DNA of 64,000 nucleotides from Octopus vulgaris (lineage: Eukaryota). Positions 51,417 through 64,000 of the stretch are shown piece after piece (the stretch's first letter is position 1; each line of letters opens with the position of its first letter). The notes beneath the pieces are model-generated. The model did no database searches. It worked only from the letters and a program-made list of their open reading frames with translations, and was not told the DNA's origin. The stretch spans positions 15,376,001 to 15,440,000 of the forward strand of contig OX597819.1 of assembly GCA_951406725.2 (NCBI GenBank), given 5' to 3'. The position numbers were made by a program, and so were the translations under genes.

Positions 51417-52230
51417 AATCATCATCATCATCATCATTTAATGTCCGTTTTCCATGCTGGCATGTGTTGGATGGTTCGACTGGGGCTGGCAAGCTAGAAG
51501 GCTGCACCAGACTCCAGTCTGATTTGACATGGCTGCTACGGCTGGATGCCCTTCCTAACACCAACCACTCCGAGAGTGTATTGGGTACTTTTACATGTCA
51601 CCAGTATAGGTGCCATTTGCATGACACCAGTATCTGCCATGACTGTGATTTTATTTGGCTTGATGGGTCTTCTTCTCAAGCACGACATAATGCCAAAGGT
51701 CTCGATCGTGGCCCAACACTCAAAAGGAGCTCAGCCACTTTTCCTCTTTGAAGCCTAATACTCGAAAAGTGCTTCAAAGGCCTTGGTCATTGCCCCTGTG
51801 AGGCCCAACACTTGAAAGGAGTTCAGTCACTTTTCTTCCACAAGGTCCAGTGCTCAAAAGGAGTTCAGCCACTTTGCCTCCACAAGGCCCAGTGCTCAAA
51901 AGGAGTTCAGCCACTTTGCCTCCACAAGGCCCAGTGCTCAAAAGGAGTTCAGCCACTTTGCCTCCACAAGGCCCAGTGCTCAAAAGGAGTTCAGCCACTT
52001 TGCTTCTGTGAGGCCCAGTGCTCGAAAGGTGCTTTTATATGCCACCGGCACGGAGGTCTCAGTCATTGCCTTCATAAAGCCTAACACTCAAAAGGATTTC
52101 AGCCACTTTGTCTCCATGAGGCCCAATGCTCAGAAGGTCCTTTTAACACGCTACCATTACGGCTGCCAATTATGTGACACCAGCATCAGCCACAACTGCA
52201 ATTTCACTTGGTTTGTTGGGTCTTCTCAAT
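51417..52230 (-). mobile_element. Family C element with 42-bp minisatellite
   Basis: CAAGGCCCAGTGCTCAAAAGGAGTTCAGCCACTTTGCCTCCA units at 51841, 51883, 51925 and flanks. Confidence 0.75.
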
Positions 52231-53568
52231 CATATTACTGAAGAATATTTATCACTTCATGGAATTTATATACTCGTTATCGATACTGCTCATTAAGTGC
52301 ATTTATTTTTCTGTCAAATGCACTTTGTCTTGTGGCAGAACTAACAAGTGGCATGGTATACTGGTCAACTAATTTTTCTGGATCCTATTGGAACAGTATC
52401 TTCATTTTACAATTTTTGAAATTACTCATTTAAAAAATATTCATTTTCACTCTAGCTTTGCTTCAAAAGGAAATTAGTTAAGCAAGAATGTCGTAAGACC
52501 CAAGTGAAAATTTGAACTCTGTCAGACTTTCCCAACCTGCGACCATAGACTAATGTGTCTCCATAAAAGGAAAAATGTTGCCATAAAAGTATTAATGCCT
52601 GCATAATAATATGACTTGACAAAATCAATACTAGCTGATTTATTATAGCTAAGGTGGCAAACCTTGGTGGTTGTTTTGTTTTCAGAAAAAGAGGTGGGGT
52701 TCCTTTTGTGTCTGTCTGTGTCTCAGAAAACCTGTTGTCATCCCTGAATGTTCTTCTTCTTTGGCTATTTCATGTTCTTGTGAATGTGGCTTTGTACCAG
52801 TGAGACCGATTTTCTGCTGCTTCTAGAATCGACCCCAAAAGGATAAAAGGCAAAGTCGACCTCGGTGGTATTTGAACTCAGAACAGAAAGACAGACGAAA
52901 TATCACTAAGCATTTCGTCCGGTGTGCGAACGTTTCTGCCAGCTTGCCGCTTTAATGCTGCTTCTAGAATGATGATCCGACAAAGTTTTTTTCTACCGTA
53001 CACTTGCCATACATTTGTATATACATGTGGTACATGTGCATGGTGTTACGTACAAGTAGAAAATAAATGGCTCCAAAAAATTTAAACCATTGTTCGTCTT
53101 TGTTATCATGGTGGTGATTGTGACCCTGCTTGTCTACACGAAGCAGCAACATTGACCTCAGTACTCAACTGGTACCTATTTTATCAACCCTGAAAAGATG
53201 AAAGGCAAAGTCAACCTTGGTGGAATTTGAACTCAAAATATGAGGTGAATGAAATGCCGCTAAGCATTTTTGCCAGCATGCTAATGATTCTGCCAGCTCA
53301 CCGCTTTATCAATGCTAATAATAATTGCAAGTCTTTCTTCCAAATAACATCATTTGAAAAAATAGCAAAGTTCTGAAAAGAAGAACATCAAGGCAATCAA
53401 AGATCAAATGCTGGAAAAAGAGGAATAGCATGGCCAGGGCATATATCACTTCTAAGAGAGGAGCTATTGAAGGAGGAATAGAGAAGGGTCACTTATAGGT
53501 ATGACTCCAAGAAGCTCCTGACAATTTTGTGTCCTAAGCTGACGCCGGCTGAGACAGACCTCTCAGAC

Positions 53569-54842
53569 CTGTGCCATCAGAAATGCAAATATGATGCTGC
53601 AACAAAGCCACAATTAGATCTGTGATGAACCAAAATGGGCTCTTTTCTTGGCAAATGTACATGGTTTTCCAGCAATATATTACTCTGCTATTTGGGGAGA
53701 GAGGTGAGCTAAAGAGGATACCATATCACCATAATCCCCGTGACCAACCAGATTATTAAATGTTGCTACATATCGCTGGTCACAATGCGCTTCACATTGT
53801 TTTAGCCTTCAATTTACGCCACCCTGCTGGCTAAATGAGCAGCCCAACAGAAGAAAGAGTGAGAGAAAGTTGTGGTGAAATAGTTGTAAGTAGATAGATA
53901 CAGCAGGGATCCCCCCCCCACTACCAGAGCCTCATGATACTTTTGGTGTTTTCGCTCAATAAACACAACGCCTGGTCTGGGAATCGAAACCACGATCCTA
54001 CAACCGTAAGAGCACTGCCCTAACCACTGGGCCATTGTGCCTCCACAGGATACCATATGATATGCACAAAAGAGAAAACTTTGGCAAAACCACTTTTCCA
54101 CAGAAGGTGGTAACAAGGTAACTGGACTTCTGCAGACATCCAGAGTTGTTCTTGGAAATGTCGTATTTGTTAGTGATGGAGAGCAACAGGAATGGGATCT
54201 TAGATGCATGCTGGGATTGTATGGAAGTCTCTGAAAACAGAAAGAAAAATAAAAACATCACAAACTTGTTCAATCATTTCTAATTGTCTGACAGTTATCA
54301 AGATTTCCCAAATGTGCCAGTGTGGACATGGATAAACTGCACCATCTCATCTATATCATGGCAATGAGTAGATAAGGATAATGCAGGGTCTTCACAACTC
54401 CATCTGTAAACAGCACAGTCAATATAGAACACATAGACAGGCCTAGTTACTGGCATGTGAACTAATGAAATAAGAGCTGGGAGGTGGTATTCATCAACAA
54501 ACAGGTGGTGGGACTCTCTGAAAGGAATCATTTGGGTAGAAATGATAATGTATAGAAAAGAAGTAATGATAGAAAACAATAAGCTTCAGGGGTGAGTCTA
54601 GTCAGATTAGGAGAAGGAATTACTAAAAGCATTGAAACCAACATGATATTGACAAAAATGGCACTTAGCCATTTCTTTGATAAGCAATGCCAAGGCTGTG
54701 CCATCAGAAATGCAAATATGATGCTGCAACAAAGCCACAATTAGATCTGTGATGAACCGAAATGGGCTCTTTTCTTGGCAAATGTACATGGTTTTCCAGC
54801 AATATATTACTCTGCTATTTGGGGAGAGAGGTGGGCTAAAGA
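53569..54842 (+). repeat. 147-bp near-identical direct repeat (53569-53715 and 54696-54842)
   Basis: About 2 mismatches by eye. Confidence 0.85.
53745..54046 (-). mobile_element. SINE with family-D head and a different 3' body
   Basis: Head matches 37123; 3' part resembles the older copy at about 35388-35620. Confidence 0.65.
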
Positions 54843-56795
54843 CTATTGATACCCTGCTCAACAATCTACCTTTTCTTAGCAGATATAATGAAGAACTACA
54901 AAGAAAATGTGTTTCAAAAAACTTCAATAACAGTAGTTGAATAAGTTTGTCAGAAAGTAAATATCTTTTACTTGTTTCAGTCATTAGACTGTGACCATGC
55001 CGGGGCACTGTGTTGAAGAATTTTTAATCAAATGAATTGACCCCAGGACTTATTTTTTTAAAGTTTGGTACTTATTCTATTGGTGAACTGCTAAGTTATA
55101 GGGCTGTAAAAATGCCAACGTTAGTTGCCCAGTGATAGTGGTGGGGGACAAACATACACACATATAACAGGCTTCTTTCAGATTCCATCTACCAAATCCA
55201 TTCACAAAGTGCCAAGCAGTGGGACTGAACCTGGAGCCATGTGGTTGGAAGTACGCATCTTACCACACTCACACCTTTGCAGACATATACAAATAACTTG
55301 GTTTAGATGATCTTCTCTACAAGTTTTGTGTATATTCTTGAAATTTTTTTCACCTCTCTCTTGGCAGATGTCTATCACAACTGAAAACAGACTGGGAACA
55401 TTTCTAGCTAGGGAATGATGGTGCTACTATTGAAGAAGGGTACAAACCAAGAAGATATCATCAATAATTTCTAATCTTTAACTCTATTAAATGCAAGGTT
55501 TAAGATGGTGGCCAAGGAGCTCAAAAAAAGAAACCAGCACTTGTCATTAATAATGTGATGAGTGGCATGCAGACCTGCGTGATTCCTTGCAGATAAATCC
55601 TCAGGACCTCCATTCATCACTTTTATATCAGCTTGGATAAATTGCTGAACTTGATACCGAAAGAGGGACAAGTCCACATTGGCCAACAATGTGGGTTGCT
55701 AGAGTGCAGGTTGTGTTAAGATGTTTGGGATCTGGTTTAGGTTAGTCTTCCAAATAGTTAGGAGATGGAATGAAATATGGCAGGATCTGAACCAGAAATG
55801 ACTTTCAGTGGAGATAGTGAACACATACATCATCTCCATTGTAGATTATCTTCAGTTTTCATTCTCTGACCAAAATGGATAACCTTTTCTGTTGCTTCTT
55901 GAGGAAGGAACATGTTCCACCGGTCAGAATGCCACCCTGCAGCCAAGATCCTCAGTGCTGAGTGTTTGTTATACTGTGGTTGATTAAGCACAAGCATACA
56001 CTAAGGCTGCAACAAAAGCAGAGATTCCTGGGTGAGAGGGCATAATTGTCATTTGTTGCACCTTATTTGTCTTGTTGAATTGCACCCCGAGTCAAGCAAA
56101 GACATTCAGTTTTCTACCAGTCGGGCAATGCAGCCAGAGGCACAGCAACCCTTGCTTTCTCTAGAGAGTTAATAACAGACACGAACAACTATTCTTTTCT
56201 ACTCTAAGCACAAAGCCCAAAGTTTTGTGGGTAGGGACCATTTGATTAGATTGACCCCAGTACGCAACTGGTACTTAATTTATTGACCCTGAAAGGATGA
56301 AAGGCAAAGTTGACCTCGACGGAATTTGAACTCAGAATGTAAAGACATGAAATACCAAGGAGAATCTAAGCATCACCAAAGATCAACTGAACACCCTATT
56401 CCGGAAAACTTTCAGCCTGTGTGCCATGGGCAACTTCCAGAAGTCTATGGCTTAGCAGTACAACCAAGAGGTATTGCCAGTTTGGAATAGATTGTAAAGA
56501 CACAGTAGTGCCATCTGTCAGACCTGTTTCAGATGCAGACAAGAGGACAAAACTCTTATGTACTTATTCCAGTATCCAAGCATTTCTGATTTGTGGAATT
56601 GTGTCAAAGACTGTTGTGACATGTTGGACGGATCAATTCCATTTTGTACATCACCTCACCACTTTCCTTTGGTTCAACAGAGTAGGAAATTTACCTCTAT
56701 TTGATGGCCATGGCAAAAGTGATTATATGTTGGAACTTGTTTGGAGGAATGAAGGCAGTCACCTTCCTCTTCAAGCAAACCCTCATCAACTCTTT

Positions 56796-56856
<61 letters not shown>

Positions 56857-57240
56857 CAATATCCTCTAGTGAACTTTCTCAAATGTAAGTGAAAGAGATA
56901 AAAATGTCCTCCCTCTCAACATGAGCCTGTTACCCAGAGAAAATAGCTGGAACTGAGCACTTACCCTTGAATATTAGCGTAGGCTTTGATCAGTGGAATT
57001 CCTTGATTGACTACTGATTGGTTCCCTCCATTCCATTGGGAAGTTTCCTTTCAGGGTTTTGCATAATTTTGTTCTACATGCCTCTCCTACTCACCTTTTC
57101 TTTTTATCTGGTTTTACAAAGCCCAAATTTTTTTAATACCAGTAATTGTACTCTCTCTTGGCTAAAACTAAGAAGACAATATTGTAACCAAATCACATTG
57201 ATTGCAACTTTATCTTTCAAATTTCCGACTCTGTTACTGT
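54060..57240 (+). mobile_element. Highly degraded Tx1/L1-like LINE, interrupted by SINEs
   Basis: WWDSLKGII near 54505; LLKKGTNQEDIINNF*SLTLLNARFKMVAKEL near 55425-55521; boundaries approximate. Confidence 0.5.
56798..56855. repeat. (AG)n microsatellite
   Basis: Seen directly. Confidence 0.95.
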
Positions 57241-57449
57241 GATCTCATTTTACAATAATATGTGAATATGATACCGTTCAAGACCAACAATAAGAGCTGC
57301 AGGTAGAAGTGGATGCAATGAAATTTCAGAATAACAATAAGACCTGGCAACAAAAGTGAGATCGCAGACACACATGTCCAGCCCAGTTAAGAGTACCTCT
57401 GATGTGTCGTGAGAAATGATATACTTGAGAAGAACTGTTGAGTGAAGTA

Positions 57450-58203
57450 AAGCCAATATTGTTGAGTAAGAAGTTCAGTACTTTGGGAAGTAGAAGTGAG
57501 CAGAACCTGATCAAATGCCAGATGACAATAAAACTGGCTCCCATGCTGGTGGCACATAAAAAGTACCATCTGAATGTGGTTGATGCCAGGTCCACTTGAC
57601 TGGCTCCTGTGCCAGTAGCACATAAAAAGCACCATCTGAATGTGGTCGATGCCAGTTCCCCCTGACTGGCTCCCGTGCCCGTGGCACATAAAAAGCACTA
57701 TCTGAATGTGGTCGATGCCAGTTCCCCCTGACTGGCTCCCGTGCCCGTGGCACATAAAAAGCACTATCTGAATGTGGTCGATGCCAGTTCCCCCTGACTG
57801 GCCCCCATGCCTGTGGCACATAAAAAGCACTATCCAAATGTGGCCGAAGCCAGTACCCACTGACTGGCTCTTGTGCTGGTGGCACACAAAAAGCACCATC
57901 TGAACGTGGTTGATACCAGTAAGCACTGATTGGCTCCCGTGCCCGTGGCACATAAAAAGCACCATCTGAACATGATCGATGCCAGGCCCAGCTGACTGGC
58001 TCCTGAGCTGGTGGCACATAAAAAGCACCCACTACACTCTTGGAGTGGTTGGCATTAGGAAGGGCATCCAGCTGTAGAAACACTGCCAGATCAGATTGGA
58101 GCCTGGTGCAGCTGCTGGTTCTCCAGACCTCAGTCAAACAGTCCAACCCATGCCAGCATGGAAAACGGATGTTAAACTATAATGATGATAATGATGATGA
58201 TGA
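57450..58203 (+). mobile_element. Family C element with about 8 x 66-bp minisatellite
   Basis: GGCACATAAAAAGCAC recurs every 66 bp from 57551 to 58013. Confidence 0.78.
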
Positions 58204-58270
58204 ATAAGAACTGCATGTAAGGTTTCTTTTTGAAACATCAAGTATTGTTTTATAAATTCAAGCATGTAGA

Positions 58271-58531
58271 CCAATGGTTATCAACCTTTTTTTTTTGCTG
58301 GACCCTTTTGGTTCCTGTTTTATTCTAATGGACCCTTTTAGCCATTCAATGTTTTTTTTAAAAAAAACCTATTATACTTTTATAACTAAATATTATTAAG
58401 AATTGTATAAAAAATTGTTAAAATATTTTGAGTGTTGTAGAAATATGACCAATTTATTGCAAACAAATTTTAACAGCAAAATCTTATATGGACCCCACCA
58501 AGGGCCATATGGACCCTAGACAAGAACCACT
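58271..58531. mobile_element. hAT-like MITE
   Basis: CAATGGTTATCAACC ... AGAACCACTG ends; TAGA-containing flanks. Confidence 0.55.
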
Positions 58532-58637
58532 GATTAGAGTAATGTAGATTTTTATGGAAATTCAGTGGTCATTCATACTACCCCTGAGGATGTTATAGTA
58601 TGTGACTGAGTTAATTCATGGACCATTTATTCTCTCT

Positions 58638-58851
58638 GGCAAGCTGGCAGAAACGTTAGCACGCCAGGCGAAATGCATAGCCGTATTTCGTCTCCCGTTA
58701 AGTTCTGAGTTCAAATTTCGCTGAGGTCGACTTTGCCTTTCATCCTTTCGGGGTCGATAAATAAAGTACCAGTTACGCACTGGGGTCGATGTAATCAACT
58801 TAATCCCTTTGTCTGTCCTTGTTTGTCCCCTTGTGAGCAGTAAAGAAATAC
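58638..58851 (+). mobile_element. SINE family B
   Basis: Homology to other copies. Confidence 0.75.
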
Positions 58852-59498
58852 ATTTATTCTCTGCTGATGCTATACTATAATGGTAACCAAATTGTGGATC
58901 AAGAGTTGCATGCTGTACCTAAGATAATATTGGACTCCAAATGCTAATTTTCCTAAAACACCTTTAGTATTCCACCAACTGGATCTTGAAGTATTGCAGC
59001 CTTCAATGCACAGATATTAATCAATTTATTTTAGTGCATAAAATTATGTAGCTGTGTATTTTCTAGGCACGTAAAAAGCACCCACTACACTCACGGAGTG
59101 GTTGGTGTCAGAAAGGGCATCCAGCCGTAGAAACATTGCCAGATCAGACTGGGCCTGGTGCAGCCTTCTGGCTTTGCAGACCCCAATTGAACCGTCCAAC
59201 CCATGCTAGCATGGAAAGCGGATGCTAATTGATGATGATGATAATGGACACCCATGAAGGGCACTGGTGCTGGTGCCTCGTAAAAAGCACCCAGTACACT
59301 CTGTAAAGTGGTTGGCATTACGTAGAGCATCCAGCTGTAGAGACAATGGAACCTGGTGCGGCTCCTGTCAAACCGTCCAACCTATGCCAGCAGGGTGATG
59401 TGTGTGAGTTAAGGCGCTTGAAAGTTTAAAAATATACATACATATCTTAACAATTTTGCCACCACTACAATAGTATGCAGCTCAGTTAATTCACTGAT

Positions 59499-59857
59499 TC
59501 TTTTGTTTCAGTCATTTGACTGCGACCATGCTGGAGCACCGCCTTTAGTCGAGCAAATCGACCCCAGGACTTATTCTTTGTAAGCCTAGTACTTATTCTA
59601 TCAGCCTCTTTTGCCGAACTGCTAAGTTACGGGGACGTCAAGTGATGTTGGGGGGACAGACACACAAACACATAAATATACATATGCATATATACAATGG
59701 GCTTCTTTCAGTTTCCGTCTACCAAATCCACTCACATGGCTTTGTTCGGCCCGAGGCTATAGTAGAAGACACTTGCCCAAGGTGCCACGCAGTGGGACTG
59801 AACCTGGAACCATGTGGTTGGTAAGCAAGCTACTTACCACACAGCCACTCCTGCACC
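59499..59857 (-). mobile_element. SINE family A
   Basis: Homology to other copies. Confidence 0.78.
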
Positions 59858-59879
59858 TATATTCATTCGGTATAGATAA

Positions 59880-60290
59880 CTTAGATTGGTTTCGTCCATT
59901 ATCGCCCCAGGTCATGACTAACTCTTTAGCACCACCTGGAAAAGTCTTTTAGTTAATCATTTCGGGACACCATGGACCACTCGAGCAGAGAGTTGTTGTT
60001 GGTTGAGACATATCCAGGTATAGGTGGTTTATCCGGTATTTCCTGGAGGAATTTATCCAGGTACCGTTTGGAAGTTGTGGGATCTTTTTCTACTTCAATT
60101 TCTTTAGGAATAACATCGAAAAGTGCAGGACCATTTGCAGTGAAGTAATTGTGTCGCAATGTTCTTATGTGATGTGATCTCGACCTTTGTAGGGGACGCA
60201 TTGCACGGGGTGGGGCCTAGTTTTGGGTGAATTGTAAACATATATCGATATCATTTTGATAATATTGGTGGACAAGGATTGTGTATGTTG
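59880..60290 (-). mobile_element. CR1/L2-group LINE 3' end
   Basis: NYFTANGPALFDVIP..KRYLDKFLQEIPDKP..GY..NNSL. Confidence 0.7.
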
Positions 60291-60544
60291 TTTGTGGCTA
60301 AATTAATTCACGTACTATTTATAATACCAACACGAAAACATGTTGAAAGAATGCGATGTGGAAAAGTAATTTGTGATGAGAGCAGGGGAGAGAACTCTTA
60401 GAGTAAGAAGTTGGGTACTTTGGGAAGTGAAAGTGAGCAGATCCTGGTCAAATGCCAGATAACAATAAAACTGGTCCGTTCCAGCAGCTGGAACGATCCA
60501 TGTGGGCTTCATTTCACGGTGAGACTAAATGTGTATGGATATCT

Positions 60545-60922
60545 CTTTCTCTTTTACTTGTTTCAGTCATTTGACTGCGGCCATGCTGGAGCACCGCCTT
60601 TTTAGTCGAGCAAATCGACCCCGGGACTTATTCTTTGTAAGCCTAGTACTTATCCTATCGGTCTCTTTTACCGAACCGCTAAGTAACGGGGACGTAAACA
60701 CACCAGCATCGGTTGTCAAGCGATGTTGGGGAGACAAACACAGACACACATATATATACGACGGGCTTCTTTCAGTTTCCGTCTACCAAATTCACTCACA
60801 AGGCTTTGGTCGGCCCGAGGCTATAGTAGAAGACACTTGCCCAAGGTGCCACGCAGTGGGACTGAACCCGGAACTGTGTGGTTGGTAAGCAAGCTACTTA
60901 CCACACAGCCACTCCTGCGCCT
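60545..60922 (-). mobile_element. SINE family A
   Basis: Homology to other copies. Confidence 0.8.
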
Positions 60923-61264
60923 ATGTGTATGCATATTTATATAGTAATACGTAGAGTTCGAGAAAACTAATGATGTTCCGCTGTGTTGCGAAAGAATAAT
61001 GATAGCAGTAATACATACGGGGAAATACATTGTATGTCGTGAAGAAAGAGAAATAACAAAACATAAAAACAACAAAGGCACAAAGAATGTTCACAGCAAA
61101 CACGCACACGTACATAATATTCAAATTTATGAAACAATGTTGAATATGGTAAATTTTTATCTTAGAAAATGTTGTATTTTTTAAAAATATACAATATTAA
61201 ACTTCCCTTCAAAATATAATTTAAAAAAAAAACAAAGTATTTATCTTCAATTCCTGTAAGAGAT

Positions 61265-62323
61265 TCAAGATTCTCCTATCAAAATCGATGAGATTAAATT
61301 CTCATCTAGTTTATCTAACGACGTACATCGCGTTGGTAGGGTTTTCTGCTCGGGGCATTTATAGTTTCCCTTCTTGAAAACAACCATATCGTCTTGAATA
61401 TCAACAGAATGAAGTCGACAGAGAGATTTAGTCAAGTCATCGTTGTCGATGTTTAATATTCGAGTCAGTTTATGGATAGGATACCTACATTGTTTACTGC
61501 TGTATGCCACAGACATGGTAATAAGTGCTTGTTTCCTGACAGGAAGGAAATGTTGGTGCAGAGCACACCGAGATATCACATCGCTAAAACTCTGAAACTG
61601 ACGTAACACACGAATATAATTGTTCAAATGATAAGCAATACTCGTTTGATAAGCAATTTTTAAAGGCACCTTATTCCTAATTTCTGAATCGAGTTCATAA
61701 TAATGGTTCAACGCTTCTGAATGTCCGAGGTTGATGATTTGATACAGACTTTCGAATTCAACACGATTACAGCAAATTTCGAGTGTTCCTTCTTCGTATA
61801 AGGACAGCAATCTTTTGAAGCATTCCAGTAAATGGGTATTATTGATGACAGGATCGAACTTTTGTCCGGCTTTCTCATCGCACAGACGATAAGCTGAGTA
61901 AACAAAGAAGCGGACCGTTTTTTCCAAAATGTCAATGGCCGGAGATCCGATGATGTTTTGTATAATCATATCCTGACGGACAGCACGCAAACGATCGAAC
62001 ACATATTCGTAAATATCAAGCCAGCAAGAACCAAGCTTCAACTCAGTTTCAATTAGGCTGCTCAGTAAATATTTTACGGTTTTCTGTAAAACTGGCGCCG
62101 GTCTGAGTTGGCAAGGTTTGTGTTCGGCTTTCCCGGCAGCGGCTCTGGAATACTCTTTCACCATCTTCGAACGTTCAGCGCGTAATATCCCACCATTAAT
62201 ATTACTGTCTCTCTTAGTTTCAAATCGATGTAACAATCTTTCTTTCTCTCTAAATATTATTTCCTTATGGGGACACATTGTAAGACAAGTTCCAACGATA
62301 TAATCACGCACCTCACTCCCCAT
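61265..62323 (-). CDS. SAC3D1: SAC3 domain-containing protein 1 (SAC3/GANP family, PCI-type), intronless, 352 aa
   Basis: GTCLTMCP, VKEYSRAAAG, LRPAPVLQKTVKYL and YVFDRLRAVRQD motifs. Short length fits SAC3D1 rather than GANP. Confidence 0.9.
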   Translation of the reverse strand: MGSEVRDYIVGTCLTMCPHKEIIFREKERLLHRFETKRDSNINGGILRAERSKMVKEYSRAAAGKAEHKPCQLRPAPVLQKTVKYLLSSLIETELKLGSCWLDIYEYVFDRLRAVRQDMIIQNIIGSPAIDILEKTVRFFVYSAYRLCDEKAGQKFDPVINNTHLLECFKRLLSLYEEGTLEICCNRVEFESLYQIINLGHSEALNHYYELDSEIRNKVPLKIAYQTSIAYHLNNYIRVLRQFQSFSDVISRCALHQHFLPVRKQALITMSVAYSSKQCRYPIHKLTRILNIDNDDLTKSLCRLHSVDIQDDMVVFKKGNYKCPEQKTLPTRCTSLDKLDENLISSILIGES

Positions 62324-62360
62324 TTTTACACCACAGGATGTTTTCTATTGACGATCTGCT

Positions 62361-62373
62361 ACGTCACTTCCGG
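62361..62373 (-). promoter_or_regulatory. Overlapping ETS-CRE motif (CCGGAAGTGACGT) about 40-50 bp upstream of the SAC3D1 ATG
   Basis: ACGTCACTTCCGG on the + strand, in a proximal position. Confidence 0.55.
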
Positions 62374-62874
62374 GGTCAGACTGAACAGTGAATATATATA
62401 CACATATATTCATGCGTAAAGTATATATATATATACATATCATAGGTGAGCGCTGCACAGACACAAAAGATGGTAAATTTCCTTATAATAATTCTGTGGT
62501 GATCCTATAATAATATAAGTTGGTCATAAATTGTGTCCTCACTCACGTTCACACTCCAAGGGAGGTCACTGTGTTACTACATTAATGTTATAAGAGTGCA
62601 ATCTAAGTGAGGTATAATTACACAAACGTACCCCATTTACAGTATCCCTTCAAAACTTTCAGAACAATTGGGCTGATGCAGTTTCGCACCTCTCCTTGAA
62701 AAAAAAAATGCATTTTTTTGAAATTTTTTTTCGGTGTCCTACGTTTTAGATGTTAGAGATTACGAATATGCGAAACAGAAAAAAAAAAGTTTTTTAAATT
62801 TCACCCCCTCCCCCAATTTTATTATTTATTTCTGTTGAACTGATGGTCCCGAAGTATCTCACTGGCCAGTTCTC

Positions 62875-63295
62875 GGCGATCTTTCGTCCCTAGTAGACCT
62901 TTCCGTCGATTTCCGTAAAAATTTTTTTTTTTTTTTATATGGGCTTGCGGGAACTTTTGAAGTAATATACATACATATACACATACACCGAGTAAAAAAA
63001 TTCAGTTATCTCTTTCTTTCACACATTACTCTGTCTCTTCACACACACTAACAGAAGCACTTCACTTACACAACATACTGTCTGTCTCCCACACCCCATC
63101 AAACACACATACACACATGTACATCAATGCTTCACATGCACGGTAACTTCAAAAGAACTTCCCTCGTCATACAATCGCTTTCTCTTAGTCTCTTTCGCTC
63201 TCATTACTTCAAAAGTTACCGCAAGCCCATATGTAAAAAAAAAAATTTTTTTTACGGAAATCGACGGAAAGGTCTACTAGAGACGAAAGATTGCC
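62875..63295. repeat. Inverted repeat with about 90-bp arms
   Basis: 62875-62966 is the reverse complement of 63203-63295. Confidence 0.8.
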
Positions 63296-63580
63296 CAGTT
63301 CTCTCTAACCTCACTTCAGGACACATCTTTAAATATTCAAAAAAAAAAAAAAAGAAAGAAAAAGAAAATGGAGGGTCAGAAAGGGAATTAGCGAGTGACT
63401 ACCTTAACGGTTAATATCTAGATCCGCACCCGGTGGGAAAAATGGAAACGAAAATGTGTAACAGTTGTAAGGCATCGTATATTGACGGAATAAGACGGGA
63501 AAAAAGCGCGCTGACAAACGGGGGTGGGGGGCTCGGGAAATTCCCAGGATCAACCGTAGAGGATCCACGCCCAGGTGGCA

Positions 63581-64000
63581 AAAATGGAAAAAAATATGTG
63601 TAACAGGTGTAAGGCATCGTATATTGAAGGAATATGACGAAAAAAAAGCGCGCTGACAAACGGGGGGGGGGGGCTCGGAAAATTGCCTACGATTTAAAGA
63701 AAAATTTACCATCAATTTTCACCATTTTAAACGCATTTCACACACATAGCCCAATGTCATAATTCAAAACTAACGCAGCGAAAATTTTGAAAAGTTCCCC
63801 CAGTTCTGAAAAAAATCGATAAATTCGACATGGGGTCGCGAATCAGAAACACAATGGTGAAAATTGATGGTAAATTTTTCTTTAAATCGTAGGCAATTTT
63901 CCGAGCCCCCCCCCCCCCCGTTTGTCAGCACGCTTTTTTTTCGTCATATTCCTTCAATATACGATGCCTTACACCTGTTACACATATTTTTTTCCATTTT
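63581..64000. repeat. Near-perfect inverted repeat with arms of at least 146 bp (63581-63726 / 63853-64000), probably continuing past the window
   Basis: Direct reverse-complement match. Confidence 0.88.

Noticed and set aside
56421-56888. 155-aa ORF
   Set aside because: Degraded LINE-like sequence plus (AG)n; no intact domain.
57387-58146. ORFs of 211-213 aa and a CRISPR-like periodic array
   Set aside because: A 66-bp minisatellite (multiple of 3) inside a retroelement. The variable parts are homologous to each other, so they are not spacers. Eukaryotic context with no cas genes.

Overview
AT-rich, microsatellite- and SINE-dense animal genomic DNA. The repeat families suggest a coleoid cephalopod (octopus-like); this is recognition from memory, not a database result. 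Three protein-coding genes are supported. (1) An intronless 196-aa two-TM protein with PPxY-type motifs (10773-11363, +). (2) An 8-exon C19orf47-like gene reconstructed by hand on the minus strand (48771->25495, 399 aa), with all introns GT-AG and phases consistent. (3) An intronless SAC3D1-like gene (62323->61265). The rest is interspersed repeat: several tRNA-derived SINE families, an RTE-related short element with internal minisatellites, six non-autonomous Helitron-like copies, piggyBac-, hAT- and pogo-like MITEs, and relics of Penelope, CRE, R4/Dong, RTE, CR1/L2 and Tx1 retroelements. The most notable items are minimal hammerhead-ribozyme-like motifs in foldback elements, a composite TTAA insertion carrying a copy of nearby sequence, inverted young SINEs flanking a frame-preserving 405-nt exon block, nested palindromes at the window end, and an ETS-CRE promoter motif. 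No clearly novel system is proven from sequence alone.
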